Positions 1 through 10,871 of a stretch of 64,000 nucleotides of DNA are shown here, piece after piece. The position numbers and the translations under genes were made by a program. The notes below the pieces were generated by a model. The model was given only the letters and a program-made list of their open reading frames with translations, ran no database searches and was not told where the DNA came from. Within the stretch, counting starts at the first letter, position 1. The number at the start of each line of letters is the position of its first letter. Origin of the DNA: the human T2T-CHM13v2.0 reference genome, Homo sapiens; NCBI RefSeq assembly GCF_009914755.1, contig NC_060932.1; one strand, 5' to 3'.

Positions 1-979
1 AAAGCTGCTGAGCAGCGCCTGGAGCTCTTGTGAAGCTCTCCCCACGTGCAGGCCAGGCACTGTCAGAGTGAGGGAGGTTTTCAGCTCACTGTCCTTTTGG
101 ATCTTTTCCCCCAGTAGTTCTGATGGGCATAACTTGGACTGTATGACATCATCACGAGAGAAAACAGCAGCCCGCAGCCTGAGGAGTGGCAGCAGCTGGC
201 AACGGCCAGCCTTGTGAAGCTGGGGCGGGGTGGGAGGCAGGGCAGCGGCTTCTATTTTAAGCCGAAGACTAAGAATCATGTCACCTTCTACAATAAGGGC
301 GAGGACACGGCACTCCAACCCAGCCAGTGTCCAATTTCCTGTACATTAGATCAGGTCAAGAAACACGTGTGTGTCCACCCATATCTTCAGCTCCAGGCCA
401 AAGTGAAGGAAGGGGCCAAGGACAAAAGAAGGGGCAGGAGGCGACCCTGTGTTCAGAACTAACCTACTTCAGCTTGCTTCCCAAACCCCCTCTCTAGGCT
501 TCCACCTCCTCTGCCAGCAGTGTGGACACAAGGTGGCCTCAGAAGGACAGATGGCCACTCGCCAGCAAGACGTCAGCTCTGAGGGCCATGCTGGTTCGCA
601 GTCAGCCCTTGCTGGAACTGTTAAGGGACCGGCTACACCTCACAGGCTGGAGTTCTCCCCTGCTGCCCCCACAGAGCGGGGAAGCAAAGACTTTATGTTC
701 CCTTTGAAGTCTGGCACAAAGGCACGAGCCACCCTGCTGTGTGCTCCCAACACAGTCCCGCTGGGCCCGTACCTGGCACGGCTGTGCTGGCCGAGGCGAG
801 CATCCTGGGTGAGGGCAGGCCCTTCCACAGCACTTGGGCCTCCTAGAGGGCCTGGTACTCACCTGGGCAGGTGGCAGAGACCTGAACCAAAACTTCTCTC
901 CTCTTAATCACTCCTCTTGTCTGGGAAGGAAGATAACACTCCCAGCCTCTCCACCTCTCTATTTCACCTTCTCTTCCTA

Positions 980-1251
980 TTTTTTTTCTTGAGATGGGGT
1001 CTTGCTTTTTCACCCAGGGTGGAGTGCAATGGTGTGATCTAGGCTCACTGCAACCTCCACCTCCCGGGTTCAAGCGATTCTCCAGCCTCAGTGCCCTGAG
1101 TAGCTGGGACTACAGGTGCACCACCACGCTTGGCTAATTTTTCTATTTTTCGTAGAGATGGGCTGGTCTCAAACTCCTGACCTCAAGTGATCCTTCTGCC
1201 TCAGCCTCCCAAAGTGCTGGGGATTACAGGCATGAGCCACTGTGCCCGACC
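980..1251 (-). mobile_element. Alu SINE
   Basis: Poly-T followed by reverse-complement Alu motifs (gctcactgcaacctcc, cctcccaaagtgctgggg). Confidence 0.93.
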
Positions 1252-1658
1252 CATCTCTTCCTGATTCTGTCTTCATTTTCTCCTTCTAATTTACACAAAT
1301 ATGGAGCCAAATTATTATTTTTTAAAATAACTGTAGTTCATTGAATCCAATTCTCTCTTTTGCCCCTACTTATAAATTTCCTTCAGATCCTGTTTGGTTT
1401 TGTCTACGGTCTGCGTTACTTCTCCATGCTCACTGCGAGGGTGGGTCCCAGGAGTGAGAGGGGCACCGATGGGGCCAGCATGTCTTGCCCTGGCCCGGCC
1501 AATGGTACGTGACAGGGAAAGGCTGATGAACCCTGACATCAAAACCCATACCAGCACCCTCACCCCCACCCCAACCAGAGTCAGCCCTGCAAGTGGTCAC
1601 TTGAGCTGCCCATCGGGCAGCACCCCCAGGCCGGAGCCTCTGCCTGTGGCGGGCTTAC

Positions 1659-1792
1659 TTCAGATGGACTTCCGTGCACTGGCGCTGGGGGGCGAAGCAC
1701 GCAATGGCCCACACCTTGATCTCGATGCCCGTGTGGAACTGCTTGTTCCGCATGTCCCAGACGCCCTGGACAGGGGTCGCAATAGCTTTATT
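1659..1792 (-). CDS. AGO2: AGO2 exon 11 (134 nt; L2 to start of MID)
   Basis: Acceptor ttgcag|AATAAA, donor TGAA|gtaagc; encodes [44 protein letters not shown](K). Confidence 0.98.
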
Positions 1793-1965
1793 CTGCAAAT
1801 GGCAAAAGGTTCAGGGTGAGAAAAAAATGGAAAACATATTCCTTCAACCTTAGACTTTGTCACTCTCACTGTTGGTCCCCCTGACCAACAACTGCTTCTC
1901 AGGGAAAGAACTTTTGTGTTGTCTCCTGTCTCTGACCTGCCTAGTGATGCAGACAACTGACAGGA

Positions 1966-2365
1966 TCGGTAGATGGATGGGCTGGTGGAAGATGGGTGGG
2001 TGGATGGTTGATGGGTGGGTGGATGGTTGATGGGTGGGTGGATGGTTGATGGGTGGGTGGATGGTTGATGGGTCGGTGGATAGTTGATGGGTGGGTGGAT
2101 GGTTGATCGGTGGATAAGGTAGGTGGGTGGTCGGTTGATGATCGGTGGATAAGATGGGTGGGTGGATGGTTGATGGGTGGATAAAGTGGGTGGGTGGATG
2201 GCTGATGGGTGCATAAGGTGAATGGGTAAATGGTTGATGGGTGGATAAGGTGGGTGGGTGGATGGCTGATGAGTGGATAAGGTAGGTAGGTGGATGGAGA
2301 GATGGAGAGATGGATGAATGGATGAATGGATGGATGGATGGAGTTAGATGGAGGATGGATGGGTA
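1966..2365. repeat. G-rich degenerate minisatellite, core unit ~19 bp (gatgggtgggtggatggtt), grading into (GGAT)n
   Basis: The tandem units are directly visible. Confidence 0.95.
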
Positions 2366-3045
2366 AGTAATGAACAGACAGATGGGAGCTAAGCCAGGAG
2401 GAGGGAGGCCCAAAGCTCCATCCAACCTCATGAGCAGCCTGGAGGAAGAGAAGTGCCTTGCCATGCTACAGGCCTTGCCATGCTACAGGAAGGCCTCCTG
2501 TTCTATACAGAGCTTTCCCTCATTTCCCCTCCTCTATCACCAATGATGTGGGAAGGGGAGATCAGAGCTGGGACTGAGCCCATAGCTTTTTCCACTCAGC
2601 ATGCCACTGCCTGCAGCTGTGTCGGAAACGGGAGCTACTTCCACTTGAGAAGAGAAAGGCGGGCTGTGCAAATGCGCTGTCAGCTCTCAGCCAGCTCTCA
2701 GCCAGCCCTGAGCACTGTCACCTAAGGAATCTCTGAACTGGCTTCAAGTGATTCTCAAGGGAAGGGTGGGCCAGGAAGGGTCCCGTGTGGGAGGGACAGG
2801 CACTCCTAGGCCTGGGGGCATTGCTAAAGGATGCGGCTGTGCCTGGGCTGCCGTCATTTACTCTGGAGAGGTTTTTGTTTTTTTTAGCAGGAAGCATCTT
2901 TCGTACAAAATACAAGCCTGCTGTAGAAATCAGACACGTGATAGAAACAAATGCTTTGTTTCCTATATTTTTATAACTACTGCCTGTTCCCACCAGCCTC
3001 CCTGTGTGCAAGAGTCTCACAGACAGCCTGGGGCTCCAGACAGGG

Positions 3046-3134
3046 AGTGCACACACACACACACACGCATGCACTCACATGCACATGAACACACGCACAT
3101 GCACGCGCGCGCGCGCACACACACACACACACAC
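3046..3134. repeat. Compound (CA)n/(CG)n microsatellite
   Basis: cacacacac...gcacgcgcgcgcgcgcacacacacac; a mostly alternating purine-pyrimidine tract. Confidence 0.95.
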
Positions 3135-3144
3135 TCTTACTATA

Positions 3145-3322
3145 CAGGTGCTTCTCAACCTCGGCACAACTGACATCCGAAGCTCAATGATTCTTTGTTA
3201 CGGGGCTGTCCTGTGCCCTGTAGGCGATCCCACTCACCCCCAAGTTGTGACAATAAAAAATGTCTCCAGACACTGCCAGATGTCCCCTGGGGGGCAAAAT
3301 CATCCCTGGTCGAGAACTCCTG
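3145..3322 (-). mobile_element. MER20 (hAT-Charlie) DNA transposon fossil
   Basis: Matches the reverse complement of the MER20 consensus (aaaatgtctccagacactgccagatgtcccctggggggcaaaatc; ttctcaacc...gtcgagaa ends). Confidence 0.8.
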
Positions 3323-3476
3323 CTGTACACATTGCTTTCTGAGGGATATTTTGTTTTTTTGCACTAACAATGGACCAGGGGTAGGTAGAGTAGGGGACAG
3401 GAATGTTTCCTCACATTATAATGTTTTAGAGATCTGGAAAAATGTATTCATGTATTAACAGAAGCATTACACGCTC

Positions 3477-3750
3477 AGTCAGGTGCAGTGGCTTACACCT
3501 GTAATCCCAGCTGAGGTGGGAGGACTGCTTGAGCCCAGGAGTTCAAGATGAGCCTGGGTAACATAGTGAGACCTCGTCTCTACAAAACATTAAAAACCTA
3601 GCTGGGTGTGGTGGTGTGGCTGTGGTCCCAGCAATTCGAGAGGCTGAGGTGGGAGGAACGCTTGAGCCCGGAAGGTCAGGGCTGTAGTGAGCTATGACCG
3701 CGTCACTGCACTGGAGCCACGGCAACAGAGAAACACTCTGCCTCAAACAA
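3477..3750 (+). mobile_element. Alu SINE (old, AluJ-like)
   Basis: gtggcttacacctgtaatcccagc...ggaggaacgcttgagcccgg...gcctcaaacaa. Confidence 0.9.
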
Positions 3751-3758
3751 GTTACAAG

Positions 3759-4362
<604 letters not shown>

Positions 4363-5017
4363 TACAAGCTCTCTTAATCCCTACACTCTTGAGATTTTTG
4401 CAACGTTGGCTTACACAAGCTCTTCTGTTTTTCAGACAACCACTGCCCTTGCTAACAGCTGAAGCCCGAGGGAACAGAAGCCAGCAGGGCTGTGAAGCGG
4501 TGCTGGGTTCAAAAGCCCCATCCCCGCACAGGGGCCAGGCACTCCTCTTGCCCTCCCGGGGCGTCTCCTCCCCAACTCATGAAGGGGGATCACGGGCTCT
4601 TCCTCCTGGGCTTGGGCTGTGTTTATACAGCATCTGGGGCCTCGGGGGACAAGCGAGCCAAGGAGGGGCTGAAGGGCCCTGCTCAGACTCCCTTCAGAGA
4701 GACAAGCAGTGGCCATGCCCACCACCAGGGACACAGACCCCCCCACGTGATGGGGTGCCACGCAGCAGTGCTAGAGGACAAGACACGCACGAACAGCAAC
4801 ACAGAACGGCCAGCAGCCTCTCAGTGAGCTCTAAGGAAATGTTAGCTAGAAAACAGCGAGGCACAGAAATATAGGTAATGCTATTATTTTCACAAAAAGG
4901 GGTGAATCATCCCTGGGTGATTTTACAAAGGAGAAGGAACACCAACTGCTTCTTGAGAGGGCAACTGAGAACTGGGAAAAAAGATACTTTTTCCTTTAAT
5001 TCTTTTGTATCTTCTGA

Positions 5018-5340
<323 letters not shown>

Positions 5341-5701
5341 CAGAACCCATATTTTAAAATAAGACAAGAAAAACAAACAAACAAACAAAAAACAAACCAA
5401 AACCTCGCTACAGGTCTTGAGGATGAGAATAAAATTCCATTAGGTAGAAACTAGGGTGTAAAAGGTTAGGCAGACTCTTACACAGATGCCAGGTGCTTAA
5501 GAAAGTCAGTGACCTCTGACACTAAGACCCTGCAGAGCCCTGGTGTCCCTTCCAGCATGGTCACCTCTGGGCCCTCCCATCAGACATGGTATGCTTGCAA
5601 CCGTGGTATGCAAGCGAGCCCAGGAGGAAATGAGAGGAGACCCTGGAGGGCTCAGTGCTCAGGACACCTTTGGTTACACACTGATAAAAAGGAGAAGTTA
5701 A

Positions 5702-5870
5702 GGGCTGGACACAGTGGCTCACACCTGTATTCCCAGCTACTTGGGAGGCTGAGGCGAGAGATTTGTTTGAGCCCGGGAGTTAGAGGCTGCAGTGACCTAT
5801 AGTCAGGTCATGCCACTGCCTTCTAGCTCGGGTGACAGAGCAAGACCCTGCCTCAAAACAAACAAAACCA
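5702..5870 (+). mobile_element. Alu monomer (FAM/FRAM-like)
   Basis: ggctggacacagtggctcacacctgtattcccagctac...gagcaagaccctgcctcaaaacaaaac; a single arm. Confidence 0.8.
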
Positions 5871-6256
5871 GAAGTTAAATTAGCAAGGACAAAAAACTGT
5901 TACCAAACATCCCCAAAGCAAAAGTTAAAGAATAGAAAAGCAGTACAGCCTTCTGGGAAATAATTCGACCCTCGGTGAGTGTCTGTCACACACAGAATGG
6001 TGCTCTCTAAACTTTCATGGGATAATAAAAATTATCTTCTGAAAACATTAAGGATAATTCTGAAAAACTTTAAAAAGGACCAAGGAAAGCCATTCCTTTA
6101 TGAAATCTCACGTCTTTTACAGGCTCAGCCGGGAGTAGAAAGGATTCTCCTGCCTGGAACACAGTCTACACCGCGGGCGATAGCTCAGAACCTGAGAGGG
6201 GTCGCAGGGCAGAGACATGCCCCGCAGCCACACGTTCCCCGCCGCCCCACACGTAC

Positions 6257-6379
6257 CCTGCCCCCGTAGAGGATGGAGGGCGGCTGCAGCACCCGCCCAG
6301 TCACGTCTGTCATCTCATCTTTGACCATGATTCCAAATTCACGGACGTATGGATCTGTGTTGAAACTTGCACTTCGCAT
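6257..6379 (-). CDS. AGO2: AGO2 exon 10 (123 nt; L2, includes S387 and Y393)
   Basis: Acceptor tgccag|ATGCGA, donor CAGG|gtacgt; encodes [41 protein letters not shown]. Confidence 0.98.
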
Positions 6380-6527
6380 CTGGCAAAGGGAAACAAGAAA
6401 ACGCACGGAGTGGGTGGAGGCCTCCCATCTCTCTAGCAGCTGCGTCCGTTCCAAGCATCAGAGGTTTCTGTGCCAGGGCAACCGGACTGGATTCCACAGG
6501 GCAGCCCTGCCCGGGACTGACACTCAC

Positions 6528-6647
6528 CAATTTGCTAATCTCTTCTTGCCGATCGGGCGCCGACCTAGCAGTTGCTCTGATCATGGTTGAGGTCTGATTG
6601 TCCGTTAATTTTTTAATACATCTTTGTCCTGCCACAATGTTACAGAC
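6528..6647 (-). CDS. AGO2: AGO2 exon 9 (120 nt; end of PAZ to L2)
   Basis: Acceptor tcacag|GTCTGT, donor ATTG|gtgagt; encodes [40 protein letters not shown]. Confidence 0.98.
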
Positions 6648-7449
6648 CTGTGAAGAGGACGTAGAGACAGGCCGTCAGTGCCGCACTGGAGTGACCAGGG
6701 GAGCAGGCAGGGGGCTCAGGGGCTGGTGGCCTGGCTCTGCTTGGGACCATCTCTGCCTCATCCCTGGGCTATGAAGTGCTGTGCAGGTGTCTGCTGTGGG
6801 GGCTGCTCCACGGCCTTCCGCTTCACAACAGAAATGCCTGCTAAGTAAACCCCACGTCACGCGAACACAGAGACCCCACGGCCTCTGTGCCCAGCCCACC
6901 AGGTGAGCGGGGCTGTGTCCTGACACCGGCACTTCTGGGCTCTCTCCAGTCTTCGGTGGCTGCGGGCGTGAAAGCAGCTGCAGGTGCGAAAGACGTCTAC
7001 CTGTGGGACGAGGTGCTGGAGCTGCCCAGCCCTACCTGAATGACAGGATCTAAACACCAAGGGAAGAGTTACAGCACATGGCTCAGGGTCGGAATTTGAT
7101 CCTTTCCCAAGGCAAGGATTTTTCAAAGAGTCGTGATGTTAGAGGAGAGTGAATGACGCAACGGTGCAGTGACGGAGCACCTGCCTCGCGCTGCGGGGCC
7201 TGCTGGACACGTTACACACAACCTCAGGCAAGGTTCACACCAATCCCACAAGAGAGCTGCAGACCCCATTCTACTGAAGGCAAAACCGAGGTGTAACAAA
7301 GCCCATTAACCCACCCGCATTCCTGCAGCAGCAGAGGCAGTGCCATTTGTATCTGACTGGGGCCTCGGCGGTTTCTCGAAGCTGCATGCCCCAGCCTGGG
7401 ACGCCGCCCTCCCAAGCCCCCAGAGACACACAGGAAGAGGGTGACTTGC

Positions 7450-7597
7450 CTCCAGGGGAAGGTAGGTGTGTTTCTGCTCCTGTCCGACTTGTAAACATGG
7501 GAGGTGGGGGTAGCGCAGAACCAACTTGTGCCTGTCCTTGAAATACTGGGCCACCGTGCACTCCACCGTCTGCCCGCTCTCCTGCTGCAGCGGGAAT
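7450..7597 (-). CDS. AGO2: AGO2 exon 8 (148 nt; PAZ), followed by a non-canonical GC donor
   Basis: Acceptor cctcag|ATTCCC, donor GGAG|gcaagt; encodes [49 protein letters not shown]. Confidence 0.97.
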
Positions 7598-8844
7598 CTG
7601 AGGAGCAAAGGGGCTGTTCAGGCCGAGGGCATCCCGGAGCCCCTTCCCCTGCGCTGCTTTTCATTTGCGTTTGCTTTTTAGGGTGACGTGTGAGGAGCAA
7701 ACATTCAGAGCACTTCCGGGAGTGAAAACCATGTCATGTGCTTTGGGTTATCTGGAATGTTTCTGAGCCCCTAAATTCTCATTTTGTTTCTGGAGTTGGG
7801 AAACAAAAAATACCTACATGCATCATTACTCATAAATTATCCACAACGTCACAGTGTGTGTAAAGGAGTCAGGACGAATGGGCACGACCAGAAAGGCCTG
7901 CGCGTCTTCCAGCAGACCGTGGTGACCCTGGAAGCCTTTTACGTGCCGCGCGCTCCCGGTGCCCAGAAGGCCTGAAGCCCCCAGGACAGGACGAGGAAAG
8001 CAGGCCAGGCCGGTTCCGGCCGCACGGTGACGGCAGGAGACGCCTGGGTGCAGTATGGGTGAGTGAGGGGGAGGCCCACAGGCACAGGAAGGGTTGGCCT
8101 CTGTGTGGGGATGAGGGCACGGGGGCTGCTAGTGCAGGGCAAAGGGCCACATGGCTCAGTTTCTACTGCACAGACCCCTTCCCCCAATCCAGACTGCCGG
8201 GCCATCTGCAGCCTCTGCCAGGCCACAGGCCCTCTCGTCCTTCTGCTCCCTCAGCCACGGGCATCTTGGTACCTCCAGTGCCTGGCAACAGGCCTGGCAC
8301 TTTCCATGGAATGATCCATGAAATAAACGAACCCTACCGGCCTGGGAGACATTAACTGGGGCACAGGGGCCAAATCTATCACCTCCTCCCGCAAAGAAAC
8401 ACCAGTACAACCCAGGACAGCGGTGCACTCTCACCCCCCACTCCGGCCTGCGTACCAAACCGTGCTCTTGCCGTAATGATGGGACACGCGGACTGGCCCA
8501 GGGAAGGGGGCGTGGGTCAGGGCCACAGACCCGCCACCTCCAGCACTAAGGATGGGACAATGAACGCAAAAGACCCTTCTCTCCTCTGTGAGGCTCAGGA
8601 AGGAAGAGGGAGAGAGAGCCTGGGCCGGCCCTTCTAGCACCCAGGGGGAATTTCATGATCTGAGTTTATTTTCTTAGGTGAAGTCTGGAATCTACTGAGC
8701 CATGTAAGGGACAATTTTGGGATTGAAAAACAGCATGAAATGGTCCTTTCTGGAGAATGGGCACAGAATCATGGCTCCAGAGTGTGCCCGTCGGAGTGAC
8801 AGTGGGGGCCCCAGCCAAGAGAGTCTGAAAGGAAGGGCGTGTTA

Positions 8845-9003
<159 letters not shown>

Positions 9004-9755
9004 TCAGTTTTCATAGGAATGTGGCTGGGGACCCAAGTTATGGGGGGCTGCAGGGCTCCCCTAGGGAGGGTGACCCACAGGTCACCCCCAGGCCACCCCA
9101 GCCGGGTCCGTCTCACCTACAAGAGTACCACGTGGTGGAGGGGAGGCTCAGCTTAGAGCATGGGGTGTCCACCCTCGTGCTGTTCTGCGCCCCCCATGGG
9201 TCATCGTGATAACACGGGGTACGGTGGATGGCCCTGCAAATGGCCTTCCAAAAGGACGGGTTCAGCGGGCAGGGCTTGTGGAGCCAGGGGTGGGCCCCCC
9301 ATTCTGTTGCTGATGGGCAGAAGGACCCCGGGTAAGTCCTAGACCCCCCCCAATCTGAGTTTCTTGGAGTAGAAAGCAGGCTGACTGGGTACAGACACCT
9401 GCCGGGCTGTGTAAGGATTAAATGAAGACAAAAGAAAACGCATCCTAGGTTCCAGCGTTAGGAAATGCTGATCACAGCCACGCTGCTGCTTCTAGTCCTG
9501 AGATCATGACTCAGACGTGACTGACTCCCCAACCTCATCCTCACCCCATGGGGTTGTATTTATTTAGGAAACCCCCACTCCCGCTCTGGGAAATGGATCT
9601 AACTCATCTCCATGCTACCTCATCTGATGGCTACATTCTGCCACCCCCACCTCCCCAAATGCGCACAAGAACCAGAACTGCAAAATGCGGTCCCGGAGGC
9701 GGACCGGGAAGGGGCCTCCCAGCCCTCAGCCAGGTGTGCTGGGACAGTTCATTAC

Positions 9756-9890
9756 CTTTAATTTCTTTGGTAAACTTTACCCTTTGGGAATCTGTCAGAG
9801 GTTTTTGTTGTTCTTCAATACTTTTAAAATCCAAAACTTCACAAACAAACTCGATTACTGGCTGTGCCTTGTAAAACGCTGTTGCTGACA
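9756..9890 (-). CDS. AGO2: AGO2 exon 6 (135 nt; L1 to PAZ)
   Basis: Acceptor ctacag|TGTCAG, donor AAAG|gtaatg; encodes [45 protein letters not shown]. Confidence 0.98.
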
Positions 9891-10734
9891 CTGTAGGCGA
9901 GAAAAGAGGCAAAGGCCTAAGCATGACTGTGGGGCTGCTGGACGGGCCCATAGTCCTGGAGGGGCCTCATAGGCCAGGCCAGCCATGGTGGGGACACCCG
10001 GCCGGGGTTCTCACTCCCTACTGAGGCTAGCCTCAGGCCCAGACACGGGCAGGCCAGCAGTGACAAGCCCAGGCCCTAGCTGCTGGCCTCCCTCTGGTCA
10101 GGGTGACAGAAAGGAGCTGGCTGATTAGTTAAAGACTAAAGTCACCCTCCGAGAATGAAGCCAGTGTTGTAGGATTTTCTGGTTACCGTCTGGTGTAGAT
10201 ATTTCTGAAATTCACCATTTCCTTTTATGTAGTTCTTTTTCAATAAATGTATAACTGAGCAAGATCAAATTCTCATTGCTTTCTAGAGCTTTTCATAATA
10301 ATCAGCTCCCAAATGAGAAGACAGATCCTTTTCGCTGGCCTTCACTCTCGTCTTTTTCACAGAGAGGGCAGCGGATGTCCTGCACAGAGCAGCGACTAAG
10401 CCTCCCAAGAGAGGGACAGGCCACACCCAGGCTACAGTCAAACCCAGGCCTACAGGAGGCCAGCAGCAAGGAAGCCCCGGATCCTCAGGCCCGCCTCAGC
10501 CCCTGACCACAGCCTCTGAGGGTGCGACCATCTCGTGGCTTCACGCTGGCCTGAGAGCCACTGCCGTAACCCACCCAACACTGCAGGTGAGACCAGCCAG
10601 GTGTCACGCAGCGGCGCTGGCTCTGACAGAGGCCATGCGTGGAGCTGGCCACATGCCACCCCCCGACCGGGGTCCTGACCCCCCAGCCCATGCCCAACCC
10701 TGCCCTGCAGTGAAGACCCCAGGGCGCTGCTTAC

Positions 10735-10871
10735 CATCAATATTCAGCATCATTTTCCAGAGAGAAGGCCGGACGGACTGATGGAAGCCAAACCACACTT
10801 CTCGGCCCCCGCCAAGAGGGTTAGAGCAGCCTTCGGACGCGGTGAAGAAGGAGCGGCCCACGGGGGTGTAC
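10735..10871 (-). CDS. AGO2: AGO2 exon 5 (137 nt; L1 linker)
   Basis: Acceptor ttccag|GTACAC, donor GATG|gtaagc; encodes [45 protein letters not shown]. Confidence 0.98.

Noticed and set aside
15-45. Sequence superficially resembling the start of AGO2 exon 12 (SFTEQL)
   Set aside because: The minus strand reads gagcttcacaagagctcc, which does not translate to SFTEQLRK and lacks an acceptor; exon 12 lies beyond the window edge.
1660-2464. His/Pro-rich ORFs (184 aa and 204 aa)
   Set aside because: They are translations of the G-rich minisatellite and are out of frame with AGO2 exon 11.
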